NCBI GenBank assembly: GCA_000002445.1
Contig: CM000208.1
Location: forward strand, 1,888,001-1,952,000
Source of the DNA: Trypanosoma brucei
Taxonomy: Eukaryota
Reading direction: 5' to 3'
DNA: 64,000 nucleotides
Part shown: positions 29,550-41,060 of the stretch, piece by piece
Numbering within the stretch: the stretch's first letter is position 1
Layout: each line of letters starts with the position of its first letter
The notes under the pieces: model-generated
What the model saw: only the letters and a program-made list of their open reading frames with translations
Told to the model about the DNA's origin: nothing
The model's database searches: none
Translations under genes and position numbers: made by a program

Positions 29550-31580
29550 TTATAGTTTGTGTCGCGCCGCCTTGTACAACGCACCCAATATTCCAGTGCG
29601 CAGCAGAACATAGAAGAGCACCAAGCACAACCACATGATCCAGTTTTCAGACTGCCCATCCTCCAGCCCATTCAGTTCCAGAACCTCTTTTCCGTTCGCT
29701 GGGATGTATCCGCAAAGACCGGAGGCATTAGTCTTCTCGTCACACTCAATCTCGTCAATGTGCTTCATTTCATTGCGAAGAACAAGAATATAAGCATGTC
29801 GAAAGAAGGAGAGCTTCTCCAAGAAGTACCAGTAAGGGCGCATGCGATCGGTGGTGGCGTACAGTCCTCCAACGAGAGTAAGCGGCAACAATACGATAGG
29901 GGCAAAGCCCGTAGCGCCGACGGAAGTACTGCAGGTCGCACTAAGTAAAAATCCCAAACTGGCCGCAACCTCGCTGAGGAGCGCAATGGCGGCATAGAAA
30001 GTGAAGAAGGCGCCCGCGCTTGCATAGAGGCCCACCATCCAATAAACAACTGCGCATTCGACAAGACAAAACAATAACCGATAGGGAGTTTCCACGATCG
30101 TCTTGGACAGCAAGTAGAGGAGTGGCGGGTATGAGCCAACTTGCTGTTCACGTATATATAACGCCTTGAAGTCATAAAAGCGGTGCATCATGGTATAGGT
30201 TTGTCCCATCGCACGGTTTATAACAACCATAAAAAGAACGCCTTCACGGTCCTGAATCCCCGTCATATCTGAACTGACACCGAAGAAAATAAGGCCAGCC
30301 ACCAATGAGAAGATCAATGATTGGAAAAGAGATGTGATAATGAAAGTGCGATTACGTATGAGTTCCGTGAAGTCACGGCGAACAAGCTCCGAAAACTGGC
30401 TCACAGCACTTCCCTTGAACCGTTGAATATACCCGTGGAGAAACTTGGCTGTGTCCGATGTCCATGGTTGATGATTCAGCTCTACAACCCTCGTGTGGAG
30501 CGTTCTCTTCCTTTTTACGTGCCTTTTCCACTGTTTGATGAGAACCTTCGCCTGCACTGAGTCCTGCATTAGTGTCATATAAAAGTCGGTTGGGGTATAT
30601 GTCTCAGGACAGACGTAACCAATCGATTCGAAGTATGCCACTGAATCTTCCATAGTCCCGTGGTACACGCACCGTCCAAGGACGAGCAGCATCAGATCAT
30701 CAAAGTGGTTGAGCACTCCTGCGGAGGGCTGATGAATGGTGTATATCACTGTGCGCCCTTTGCGGGCAATAGTGTTTAGAAGTTGCACTACCTTCGCTGA
30801 CGTGACATGATCCAACCCGGAAGTGGGTTCGTCCAGAAGCAGGATTTTCGGGTCACAAATAAGGTCCACTCCCATGCTACAACGTTTGCGTTCGCCCCCA
30901 GAAAGGCCAGCCACAAGACCTGGTGTCCCGACAGTCGTATCGCGGCAATGCTGAAGACCAAGCTCGTCCATTACGTCTGACACTTGTTGTTTGGTGGTTT
31001 CTGGATCTGGGTTACGCCTCACGCGGACAGAAAAGCGGAGGGACCGTTTCGGCGTTGAGATGTTTGAAAGCACATCATCTTGACCCACAAAACCCATCAC
31101 CTTGCGGTACTGATGCCTGTACTCCACATCCCCAAGCTGAATTTTCCCCTCAAGCTTACGGTCCTTGGAGGTTGCAAGATGGTCGGACAACGCGTGGAGG
31201 AACGTTGACTTCCCCGCACCGCTGGCACCCATAATAGCAAGGCAACGCGACGGGAGCGCGGTGCCGGTGAGATTGTGAAGGATTACCCTACCCTGCAGCG
31301 AGTAGGTTAGATTATGCCATGAAACCGGGACGGGAAATGGTGTTGTGCAGAAACTGTTGCCCACCATCGAAGCGTTGGGTTGTACGAACGATCCAAAGAA
31401 CTGAGTTATGTCACCTGTCTCCGGCACTTGCTCTTGCGGGTCGGCATTTCCGTACGGTTTGCCATCGTTGCAAATGTCTCCCTGGAGTTCCTCACTCACG
31501 CTGCTGGTTAGGGTGAATTCTTCTTCATCACGCACCTTTTTTCGAAAGCAGCGCATTCTTTCTTTTTGCGACAATGCCAA
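29550..31580 (-). CDS. ABC transporter of the ABCG (white/half-transporter) family, NBD then TMD.
   Basis: Walker A GASGAGKST, ABC signature LSGGERKRCSMG, Walker B ILLLDEPTSGLD. The nucleotide-binding domain is N-terminal and about six hydrophobic segments sit in the C-terminal half. This reverse topology is typical of ABCG. 676 aa. Confidence 0.85.
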   Translation of the reverse strand: MALSQKERMRCFRKKVRDEEEFTLTSSVSEELQGDICNDGKPYGNADPQEQVPETGDITQFFGSFVQPNASMVGNSFCTTPFPVPVSWHNLTYSLQGRVILHNLTGTALPSRCLAIMGASGAGKSTFLHALSDHLATSKDRKLEGKIQLGDVEYRHQYRKVMGFVGQDDVLSNISTPKRSLRFSVRVRRNPDPETTKQQVSDVMDELGLQHCRDTTVGTPGLVAGLSGGERKRCSMGVDLICDPKILLLDEPTSGLDHVTSAKVVQLLNTIARKGRTVIYTIHQPSAGVLNHFDDLMLLVLGRCVYHGTMEDSVAYFESIGYVCPETYTPTDFYMTLMQDSVQAKVLIKQWKRHVKRKRTLHTRVVELNHQPWTSDTAKFLHGYIQRFKGSAVSQFSELVRRDFTELIRNRTFIITSLFQSLIFSLVAGLIFFGVSSDMTGIQDREGVLFMVVINRAMGQTYTMMHRFYDFKALYIREQQVGSYPPLLYLLSKTIVETPYRLLFCLVECAVVYWMVGLYASAGAFFTFYAAIALLSEVAASLGFLLSATCSTSVGATGFAPIVLLPLTLVGGLYATTDRMRPYWYFLEKLSFFRHAYILVLRNEMKHIDEIECDEKTNASGLCGYIPANGKEVLELNGLEDGQSENWIMWLCLVLFYVLLRTGILGALYKAARHKL

Positions 31581-32138
31581 CGTTAACTCTTATTGTTTTC
31601 TTTTCCCTTACTAGCTGTTGCCACACTTCATGCGCCGTCACACAAAACCATATAGATAAAGAAGAGCGGTAGTTAAAAGGACACAACTGTGTGTGTGTAT
31701 GTGTGGAAGGATTGTGAGTTATGTAGCATCAAGCAGAAGGACAAGCCCGACAAGTACGTTATCGACGCTTACATGGATGTAAATGTCAGCATGCGCGCAT
31801 GTGGGATATGATTAAGCGAAAATACTGCGCCACAGCAGCTACCACTCACGCGACGGATTGCGTAGGTGGGGGAGGGAGAAGAGACGTCCGCATGCGATGG
31901 AATTCGCCATTGAGTTCCGTGACGGACTGATCACACAAAAACAACAGTAACAACAACAAATATTAATCTACAGATGACTTCCGCGTAACCAATTTACTCC
32001 AGCTTACCACTTGCGTTCGTTGTCTTTTACACTTACAGTACGCCGTCTCTCTTTCCTTCTTTCCCTTGCTACCACTACTTTATTTTGTTTACCTCTCCTT
32101 ACCCACGTCGTGTTAGGCCACAGACGTATTAAAATACA

Positions 32139-32921
32139 CTACACCAATAACACAGCGTTGATACACCCGTCATTCTCTGGGTTGTTGGTGACTTGCGCAT
32201 ACTTCCCCCACACCACCTTTCCGGAGGGTGTCACCAACCCGAGGTCCGATACGTTCACTTCAATGACAGTACCTTTTGTAATGACTCCCAAACCGGTGTA
32301 CATTTTCCCCTGTGGGTTTTTCTTTACTCCAATGATGGGCAACTGAAAAGTTGCCTTCAGCTCGGGATGCGTTACGTGTGCCTTCTTGAAACGGAGGGCC
32401 ATGGGGCGAATGAAGCGCTCGTACTTTGGAAGTCGTCGGGTGAAGGTCTCACCAACAAACGTAACCTTATTCACCATACGCTTCCACGACTTCTTACCTC
32501 GCTTACCAGATGTCACCGCCCGCAGCATTTCATCCTCGCTGACTGGCTTCACCTTCTCGATCGGCACCGCCCACTTCCCAGCCTTCTCCTTGCGCTTCTG
32601 TTTCAGAGAGTTGGAAAGAACCTTTGCGCGATCGGCCTCACTACGGTCCATGAGAAAGCTAGGCAATGCATTCTTTGGCCCTTTCTCTTTTACCCGTTCA
32701 GTAGTCTGCTTTTCCTCATGCTCGCGAATTTTCTTGCGAATCTCCGCCTTCTCCGCGTAACGCTCCTTAGCTGCTATCTTTGCTTTTATGCCCCGCACTG
32801 TCCGAAGCCTTTTCGCCTCCGTGTGAACCTTACGGGCGTTGCGCTTTCTCATTCGCTCTGCATGGTCGAGGCGGCGCCCGTAACGCTTCTGCGCGAGTTC
32901 GATATACTCATTTTGCGGCAT
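32139..32921 (-). CDS. NSA2: Ribosome biogenesis protein NSA2 (TINP1) homolog.
   Basis: 260 aa. The N-terminus [33 protein letters not shown] matches the NSA2 N-terminus (MPQNEYIE...HGRRLD). C-terminal ribosomal S8e-like region. Confidence 0.9.
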   Translation of the reverse strand: MPQNEYIELAQKRYGRRLDHAERMRKRNARKVHTEAKRLRTVRGIKAKIAAKERYAEKAEIRKKIREHEEKQTTERVKEKGPKNALPSFLMDRSEADRAKVLSNSLKQKRKEKAGKWAVPIEKVKPVSEDEMLRAVTSGKRGKKSWKRMVNKVTFVGETFTRRLPKYERFIRPMALRFKKAHVTHPELKATFQLPIIGVKKNPQGKMYTGLGVITKGTVIEVNVSDLGLVTPSGKVVWGKYAQVTNNPENDGCINAVLLV

Positions 32922-34172
32922 TTTCTACAGGAAAAAGAAAACGGAAGGGAAGGACTCAGATCACGTATGCTGCGCCACCCGAAAGAAGGTAGAACCTTTC
33001 CTTACTCCTAGTGTTTGTCTTTCTAAAAGAGATCTGCGCAACGGCGACGATATATTCGTTTGTCAACACAAAGAATGCCAAGGTAAAAGAAACGAAGAAA
33101 AAGGAGAGGGGGAAAAAGGAGGAGGGCAAACAAATGGCAGGAGAAAATGCTTTTTTTGGGGGGGGGAAGGGGGCGAGTTATCATGAAAACGATTGCCACA
33201 CTTTCGCACTGAAAGAAAGTACTCCCTTACCACTGTCACACACCCATCTCCTCGTCCCTCCACTTCTCCCTCTCCGAAAAAAAGAATCCACGTTTCCACG
33301 GGGATCCTTTTGCTCGAAAACTTTCACTGTTTTGAACTAAAGTTTTGTTTTTCCACTCCTTCTGTTCTGTTTTCGTCCCTTTGCATGGCTTCCGCCTTGC
33401 GTTTAACATACACAGAGCCGACGTGGCAATTACTTACTTCCCCCCTAGAACAGCACTGGGGAAGACAATTACATCTGTCAACTCAGCTACAAGCGCTTCT
33501 ATAAGATGTTGCTCGTGTTTAGGGGTGCGCACAAGGTCAAATGTGGGGTATGCGGGGCATGGTGGAGCGATGGCCGGTGGGAGTGGCGGCGTCGGCGGCG
33601 ACATTTGTGTGACGTCCTCATCGTTGCCTTCTGTTCCATCGTATATATGTCGCATGCGGTTGCGCTTTACAATACACAGCCGTTTCTCCACATCGGACAC
33701 TCCCACGCTTTTACTCCGCCGCTCAGCAGGTGCCGAGCGCGCCCGCACTGACGTTGATTGCCCATATTGGCGCCCGCCGTCTCCTATTTCCCCAAGCGAC
33801 CCACCACATTTTCTGGAGCGGAGCCACATGCACTACTGCTGTGTTGTTCGTGTGTCTTTCCCCCGTTGCTCTCCCCACGGGTTCTTTCTACACTTAGCGG
33901 CAACCGCCAGCAGCTACTTTAGTTTACAAGAGCAATGGGGAGTAAAAATAAGGTGATTGACCGAAAATGGTCGACGGTGGCGCTCCCGTGTGTCTCGTTC
34001 CGGACAATCGGGAAGAAAGTCAGTACCCGTGAAGTCGGCAAAACAAGTCTCTCTCCCTTCCCCTACACATCTTCAAAAACAAAGGTTTGCCAAGGCGAAG
34101 AACAGGAGGTGACGAATAAGATTTCAGGGTTGTTCTTTTCTCTCTCTTTCCTTCTCTTTCTTTTAGGGTTCT

Positions 34173-35324
34173 CTATAGGTCTTTCAAAAGTGTGGCCACT
34201 TGGTCAGCATCACGGTTGATGTAACGCCTTCTTCCACATAACATTGGATCTGTTCTTGGCGTCACGCTGCCGTACAGCAAGTCACGAACGGAACTATGGT
34301 CATGGTACGAATGTCGCCCACACACGACGGGGTGCGGGGCCTCCTCCTCGTAAGCTCGCAGGGATGGCAGTTGCTCCGGTACCTCTTCCACCAATTCAAT
34401 CTCCGGCTCCATTGAAGGGGTTTCCATTTCCCAAGGGTCTAACGCGTCAAAAATAGACTCCTTTACGTACCCCACATTTTCATTATAAAGAGGTGATGGT
34501 GAGCAGTTTTCGTCGCCTTTATTCTGCAGCGCGTGCTGTAGCGGAAGCCTGCGCGGCGGATCTTTTTCGATTTCCGCGAAGAGCCGGTTACGCGGTGCGG
34601 CCGGCATAAAGGCAGGGCGCGGTTCTATAGGTTTGGGGGCATTACTCATTCTGCTACTGATGCTGCAGCCAGTTGAGGGTCGACTGATGGAGGAGCGAGT
34701 GACTGGGCGCCGCTGCTCGTCCAGCACAACGCCTGCCGCGGCCTCACGCACTGCAACCGGCCACTTACGCGAATCGACGGCAAATATATCGCGCCGTAAG
34801 CCTTCCTCAACTATCAGCACGGCCTTCTCGCGTTTAATGACGAGGGTAGCAACCCCTGGGAAGTTTATTTTGAACACCTGCTTTTTAAAGATGCCTTCTC
34901 CCACATATGAAAAGAATTCTCGGAGCGCCATCGCTGCAGTTTGCGCCGGGACCCTCGCAATGGCCACTACATCCGCCATATTAACCTTCACATACTCCAG
35001 TTTACTCGGCTCCTGAGGCACCCTAATCGAGTCTATGTTGTATCGGAGGGCAAACTTGCCGTCTATGCCAAAACGAATGCGACGGGCGTGGTACCGTTCC
35101 CTTCCGTCACTGGCTACCGGTCGCGTCTCAAACCAGAAAGAGCCAAAATTGCAGACGCGAACATTACGACCTTCAGTAACGTAGTGACGAATGCAGGTGG
35201 ACACTGCGTCCCACACACGCTCCAGTTCACTAAGGAGGAATACCTCCCTTTTGTAACTGTCCTGGGAAGCGGTGCACTCCATCATAATGGAGCTGTTGCT
35301 TATTGCTCCCTGTACGCTCAACAT
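34173..35324 (-). CDS. Hypothetical protein, possibly with CCDC81/HU-like domains.
   Basis: 383-aa ORF in array orientation. No firm motif. Weak resemblance of the N-terminal half to eukaryotic HU-like (CCDC81) folds. Confidence 0.45.
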   Translation of the reverse strand: MLSVQGAISNSSIMMECTASQDSYKREVFLLSELERVWDAVSTCIRHYVTEGRNVRVCNFGSFWFETRPVASDGRERYHARRIRFGIDGKFALRYNIDSIRVPQEPSKLEYVKVNMADVVAIARVPAQTAAMALREFFSYVGEGIFKKQVFKINFPGVATLVIKREKAVLIVEEGLRRDIFAVDSRKWPVAVREAAAGVVLDEQRRPVTRSSISRPSTGCSISSRMSNAPKPIEPRPAFMPAAPRNRLFAEIEKDPPRRLPLQHALQNKGDENCSPSPLYNENVGYVKESIFDALDPWEMETPSMEPEIELVEEVPEQLPSLRAYEEEAPHPVVCGRHSYHDHSSVRDLLYGSVTPRTDPMLCGRRRYINRDADQVATLLKDL

Positions 35325-36744
35325 GGGGCCGTGCTTTTCTTGTTTTTATTTTTTATGTTCTAGATACTCTATATGGCACCGTAACTTCTCTTCCCTTGTT
35401 ACCACGCTTCCCACGTTGGCCTCACTCCACCCACGCGCGCTAGGCAATGTGGTGGACTCCCGTGGTATACCTAACACGTGATCCCGACAACAACAAAACG
35501 AGAAAATGGAGGGGAAAGGCGGAAAAGTAATGATACCGGAAATAACAGCATCACTTAAACAGTGGGTAGCGAACAAATCATGCGATGAAACCTGCGCAGC
35601 TGTAACGTGGTCCAACACCTTAACATTTTACTTTCCCCCACTCCTCCCTTCCTAACACAACTGCCCGCCCACATGTACTCTAGGCAAAGCAAGCAAGCGC
35701 CGCAACACCATATCATGACGGCGTGGGGATCCCAACCTCAAAACAAAACGATGCTTGACTGCCACGTGCGGTTCTTTTGTCAGCCGCTCGCATCCGCCGC
35801 TATATTACGCGCCTTGCGTTCGGGTTATGTGCAATTCATGTTATGTTCCGAAATGGCGCTTAGGTACCAATTCAATACCTCGCCGCTGCTCGGAAATCGT
35901 TGGTTTATCTTTCTTTTGCCCCGGAGACATTTGATAGTAACTACTTGGTCAGAGGGAGTACCTTATTGTTCGTGCACTCGCTTTTGTTAGGAGTTATTTG
36001 ATATATTTGAACTAGCTCACCACCATCATCACGCAACAGCGCGTCGGTTGAAAATGGCAGTAATAAAAACAACAACTAAAAAGCAAAAAAAAATATCCCA
36101 GTAAGCGGGTGAAGATACAAAAGGTAAGTGAGGACTAAGGTGGGGGGGCGATATGAGTGATCGCATCGCACTTTTAACTGCAGCTGTCCGACAGGCCAAT
36201 GAAAGGAATACGGCTCGTGACGTGACAACAACAGGAAAGTACAACAGACAGACAAAAAAAGAAGGAACCGACATACCAATGGGGAACACGCGCGCGCTGC
36301 GTGGAGGAGGTGGCGGAACCGGTTGGATGAAGGAAGAGAAGAGGGGGATGACAGGGCAAAGGGCCCTAACCGCTGAATTCACTCCCTCCTTCCCACCTTT
36401 TCTTTACCCACTCCTCCCGTTTTCTATTCTTTGAGTTAAATTCATACGCTTTCCTTCATTGTTCAACTCTTTTTTGTTCTCCCCACTCCGTCGTTCTCTC
36501 CATTCCTCCACACCCCGCCTTTGTTGTCCGGCTACTTGCCGCACACTTTTAAAACCACGCTTCTTTTTCTCTTATTGTTGTTTCTTTTTTGAAATAAGAT
36601 GCAATTACATTACGGTAGAGAGGAACCCGATGAAGAGGGTTGGTATTCTTATTCTGCTTAGATCAGAGATGAGAGGCACAGGGCAACAACAGCAACAACA
36701 ATAACTTCACCAACAAAAATATACCCCGAATTGACCCACGGCAT

Positions 36745-38982
36745 CTACTGGGAAACTGCGAGCCTCTTTAGGTGATCAATAAACACACTTAGAGATGCAT
36801 CATCCGTGTACACCAATTCCTCCTCACTACCGCCGTAACCCCGGCCCCCGTCGCTACCGTAAGAACGGCTCGGATTAATTCTATTGCGAAGAATACGTGC
36901 ATCAGGATCATCTTGGCACACGTAAATAAATCGCGGTGTCGGATACCTACCTCCTACAAGCCTCGCTGCGTCATCAACAGGATACTGCAGGAACTCTTTG
37001 AAGTTCGCATATTCTTCCTGCTCAGCATACCCTGCTTTCTTCCACGCGGCAATTGTGGAGCCCAAGTGGACAAGAACTTCAAAGAAGGTATCAAGAAGAA
37101 GTATGTTATCCGGTTGAATCGCAGCACTATCCAGTGAAACGGGCTGAGGTGGGGCATCCATACGGTAGCTGTACAAAGTCGGTTGAATTTGGATGATTGA
37201 ATCTTGCACGGATGACTTTAGCAGCATAAGACGCAGTATGGTGGTTTCATCAGGACTCGAGTTGAAAACGTGCAGATATCCGGACCGGCGGAGATGAAAC
37301 ATAAACGCAGGAAAGAACACAAACTCTTGTGGAAGACTCAACGAGGAAGGCTGATCCTTGATGTAGGTACCGAATCGGTTCACAAGGCGCACAATTGTCC
37401 TGTCAAGCCACCGAAGGACATCAAACAACGGGGCTGTATCTGCCCGGTGCAACGCCTCACGGGCTAATAAGACAGCGGCCGTCTCCTGATCAAATGACGC
37501 TGCCAGCTCCGGCATACTTGTCACTTGCTGCACCACATGCTTTCGCGTGCAAACACGGACACGCGTCTCGCGACCAATTTCATACTTGGTAACGAACTGA
37601 ACATATCGGAACGGCTGTTTTTGTGCTTCAGGTACCGTCATTGTGTCAAAGTAAATCGCAAAATTCGTTGTGGAATCCATCATGCAGGCGGTCCACTGAC
37701 AAGTGCCCCCCATCCCAATTTCTGAGTCAGCCACCGAGGACGACTTCTTACCCGTACCGACGCACTGTCCAATAACGCCCATAACTTTCCACGAAGGGGA
37801 AGTTATAATGTCCATCGTAACGTTGAGAGCCATTTTCAACGAACCGTCTTCCCTACGCTCAAAGAAACGATCGAGGGACTGGCGGAGTGTTTCCTTCCTC
37901 CATGACTCGTCGTTCAGAATAACGCCTCCCGAAGCCTGGATACACAACTTCATCTCCGCCACACCCGTCTGGTCGAGCGATGCAGTGAAACAACTTAGCG
38001 AGTGCCCGTTTTTCACAATACGCTGCATTAACTTGTCGTAGAAAGCACACGAACTATCCCAGAAGGCGGCGGCAGCGGTGCCGTCACGTATATCAGCATG
38101 CTGACGAATAAATTTCTCCCGCGTTGTTTCTACGGCTATGCCAGGCCCTTCCGTGCATATGCCGGAAATGAAGGCGAGAATGCAAGAGCCGGTGTTGGGT
38201 GACACCATTTCAAGAAAGGCAGATGCTACGGAGAGGGCGGCGCCGGTGCAGCGGAGCGGACGATGTGCTTTTCGTACGGGCCACAAGTCCTGCTGTAACT
38301 CTTGGAAAATGGAGTCCATCGTCTGCTGCAGGCTGGCACGGGTGCCGTAGAACCTCTGCGCATCAGTTATCACACCTTTGAGAGTTTCTACAGTCGCCTC
38401 CTGTGATCCCCGAAACACCAACGAACGTGGATAATCTGTAACACCGCTCAACTCGTGAATTTGCACAGTCGCCCCGTAAGTGATGAGGCACACGAATGCT
38501 CCCTCAGGGATCTTGTTAAATGCACACCCCACAAACTCCCTTAATCCAAAAAGCTCCAGTTCTGTGTCTACACACGTATCCACGACAAAGGCGAAGGTGG
38601 GCGGGTTACGGTCCGCAAAACTCACGTATTCTACTGTCTCGTTGCCTCTCAACAGCTCTTGCGGCAAATCATTGCCCGCCATATAGGCGTAATGTGGCGG
38701 GAAGCTATTTTCCTTGCCGCAAAGAGGGCATCCCCACATCTTTGAGCGGAAGTCAATGCTGCAGTAGGGGTTGACGATTCCACCACATACGCAACGCAGC
38801 GGCTCAGATGAGAGTTCGATGCATGGAGTCTCGATGGGGGCGTAGACGCAGCCGAGTGGGACCACCATCCGCGCCGCGTCGATTCGGTTGGATGGGTACA
38901 AACCCCACGACCATCGGATGGGGTCACACTCAAACACCTGCTCTTCCGGCATTTGCTGTGGTATTCCGTATTGGTCCATCAC
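36745..38982 (-). CDS. SEC23: COPII coat protein Sec23.
   Basis: 745 aa. The N-terminus FECDPIRWSWGLYPSNRIDAARMVVPLGCVYAPI matches the Sec23 opening (GVRFSWNVWPSSR...MVVP). Zn-finger CVCGGIVNPYCSIDFRSKMWGCPLCGKEN is present. Trunk and gelsolin-like regions have the expected length. Confidence 0.85.
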   Translation of the reverse strand: MMDQYGIPQQMPEEQVFECDPIRWSWGLYPSNRIDAARMVVPLGCVYAPIETPCIELSSEPLRCVCGGIVNPYCSIDFRSKMWGCPLCGKENSFPPHYAYMAGNDLPQELLRGNETVEYVSFADRNPPTFAFVVDTCVDTELELFGLREFVGCAFNKIPEGAFVCLITYGATVQIHELSGVTDYPRSLVFRGSQEATVETLKGVITDAQRFYGTRASLQQTMDSIFQELQQDLWPVRKAHRPLRCTGAALSVASAFLEMVSPNTGSCILAFISGICTEGPGIAVETTREKFIRQHADIRDGTAAAAFWDSSCAFYDKLMQRIVKNGHSLSCFTASLDQTGVAEMKLCIQASGGVILNDESWRKETLRQSLDRFFERREDGSLKMALNVTMDIITSPSWKVMGVIGQCVGTGKKSSSVADSEIGMGGTCQWTACMMDSTTNFAIYFDTMTVPEAQKQPFRYVQFVTKYEIGRETRVRVCTRKHVVQQVTSMPELAASFDQETAAVLLAREALHRADTAPLFDVLRWLDRTIVRLVNRFGTYIKDQPSSLSLPQEFVFFPAFMFHLRRSGYLHVFNSSPDETTILRLMLLKSSVQDSIIQIQPTLYSYRMDAPPQPVSLDSAAIQPDNILLLDTFFEVLVHLGSTIAAWKKAGYAEQEEYANFKEFLQYPVDDAARLVGGRYPTPRFIYVCQDDPDARILRNRINPSRSYGSDGGRGYGGSEEELVYTDDASLSVFIDHLKRLAVSQ

Positions 38983-39260
38983 TACCCGCCTACTTGTTTC
39001 ACTGGCACTTCTTCCACTAACCCCATGTAGTGAACAGCGGCGTTATACCACCACGCGCCGGACAAACAGAGGTTTGAAAGAATATGTGCATAAGGGCAAT
39101 AAAGAAAGAAAAGCAGAAAACTTTTTTTTTAAAAGCCAATTCCCAAAGGAACAATAACATAAACCACGGAAAACTTGCCTTCCCTTTCGAGGCAAATTAC
39201 ACATTATCCATCCATGAACCACAGCGACAAACACGGGAGTTTTTTTAAATCACTTCCACG

Positions 39261-40016
39261 TCATTTCCCCTTTTGGAAGAACGATCCAAGAACATCGTCC
39301 TCTTCTTCCTTCCCCACGAAAGAACCTCCGGGGTTGGGAGCGCTGCCGGTCAATACGCTTAGTTCAGCGCTTAGCCATGTGGCCAGGGAGCCTCCACCCT
39401 CCAATTTGTTTTCGACCGCTGCCCGCACCGATGCAAGCCATTGTTGGGCCTCTCCCCTCAGAGTGGCAGCGCGTTCGGGAGAGGTTTGAAGCGCACGTAG
39501 CCATTCTTCTTTTGCCTCGTTGTACCGTGACATAAGGCCGGCTATGTACCGCAACTGTGCCGACATCGATGCACCAGCGACCGACTCGCTAGACGGCACT
39601 TCGTCGTTTCTGGCACCGAGTTGATCAATCCACACGCGAGGAAAAATGTTCAGCAATGACCACCACGAGGCCACCTTCGACAACCCCCTTTCGAACTCAT
39701 CACTGTCCGCTGGGCTCAGTGCCCGCACAGCCGTTACCGCTTCAGGTATTACTCTGCTTACCGCCGTCAGTACGCGTCGCTTCCCGGCTTCCGGGACACC
39801 GTTGGCTGCGCATGTGAGGAGGAGCTCGTGTACCACATACAACAACGCGCAGCGTGTGGAGGCACTTGTGGCTGGGTCTTGCATTCGCTCATTTATGGCT
39901 CCCATGATAACGTCTACACTAGAGGCGTGAAGGGCACACCATGTCGCAACACTTATAATGGAACCCGCGGAGCTTCCAACAAGATCCAGCCTGCGATCCA
40001 CCTTTTCCTTGTTCAT
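39261..40016 (-). CDS. Hypothetical protein with a CID/RPR-like (RNA Pol II CTD-interacting) N-terminal helical domain.
   Basis: 251 aa. Pattern WCALHASSVDVIMGAINE...ALLYVVHELLL resembles the CID fold. Weak. Confidence 0.35.
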   Translation of the reverse strand: MNKEKVDRRLDLVGSSAGSIISVATWCALHASSVDVIMGAINERMQDPATSASTRCALLYVVHELLLTCAANGVPEAGKRRVLTAVSRVIPEAVTAVRALSPADSDEFERGLSKVASWWSLLNIFPRVWIDQLGARNDEVPSSESVAGASMSAQLRYIAGLMSRYNEAKEEWLRALQTSPERAATLRGEAQQWLASVRAAVENKLEGGGSLATWLSAELSVLTGSAPNPGGSFVGKEEEDDVLGSFFQKGK

Positions 40017-40382
40017 GCTTACTAGAACTCGCCCCTACCAGCTACTGACACCGGCGGATTGCGCTACGTGTAAATGTTCGCACGTTCGTGCGTAATAATT
40101 GCAGTGAAAAGAACAACACGGTAATGGTCACTTGAGCGGGTTACATCGACGTGAGACTACACCGATTCCCATTTGAAACATTCATTCTCATTTTGTTTAA
40201 TTTTTACAAATGACCGTCTGTTTCCTTGTTCTCTCTTTTTGGCTCCAGTTTCCCCTTGAGACCCCACTCACGTCCCTCAGCGGCCGACTTGCAAAACAAT
40301 GACAAGAGCAACATGACACGGCGCCAACTATGTTGAAAATACGAGCACAAGTACTGCTCCCCAACCGGTGACCATAAGTCGA

Positions 40383-41060
40383 TTAGAAGTCCATCAGCGC
40401 GTAACGAACACGCGCTGTAAACTGTCGGGAGTTTTCAGTAGAGAACGCCCAACGGGGATCTTCCTTCCTTAGCCACGCAATTACGTACGCAACTTGCAAG
40501 TCGCTTGGGAGATCAAACTCCGTTTCCATCCGGTGCTGCCGTATCTCGCCGGTGTGCATCGGCTTCCCGGCAACCTGTAGCCCAACGTCATTTGCTGCGC
40601 GCAGGGAGTTGCGGACATCCATCAAAACATCGCCTGTTGCGGGGTTCTTTTGAACGACATAATATTGCTGCCCGTGGGATTCCAACACGACCCACTCGTG
40701 CTTCTGACGGAAAAGCCGAGCCATACGGTTAGACTCGCATGTCGTATAGAACGTTGACAAGTGCCGAAGTGGATCCTGGGCCTTAAGAAGTACATCCCTG
40801 TGAATGATAACGCGCCCCTCCTTTGAGCAACAGTCGCTAGCGAAGTCTAGTGCAAGTCCACAAGCTGTTGCTGCACCGCAAATGCCAAGGTGGTCAGCCA
40901 ATGTTAGGCGCAGTGGCAGTGCAGTAATTGACAAGGCAGCGCCGGCCATCGCACCGCCCGTGAGGCCTTGGCCCATCGCCGCCGGCTTTAGACACTTGCT
41001 TGATTTGTGTTCCTTCACCACCCCTTTATGGGCCTTCAGACTCTGCACATGAAATGCCAA
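40383..41060 (-). CDS. Hypothetical protein with a Gly/Ala-rich N-terminal segment.
   Basis: 225-aa ORF in array orientation. No motif recognised. Confidence 0.35.
   Translation of the reverse strand: MAFHVQSLKAHKGVVKEHKSSKCLKPAAMGQGLTGGAMAGAALSITALPLRLTLADHLGICGAATACGLALDFASDCCSKEGRVIIHRDVLLKAQDPLRHLSTFYTTCESNRMARLFRQKHEWVVLESHGQQYYVVQKNPATGDVLMDVRNSLRAANDVGLQVAGKPMHTGEIRQHRMETEFDLPSDLQVAYVIAWLRKEDPRWAFSTENSRQFTARVRYALMDF

Noticed and set aside
32193-33011. 272-aa plus-strand ORF antisense to NSA2.
   Set aside because: NSA2 on the minus strand is unambiguous. The antisense ORF is Leu/Ser/Arg-rich and has no motif.
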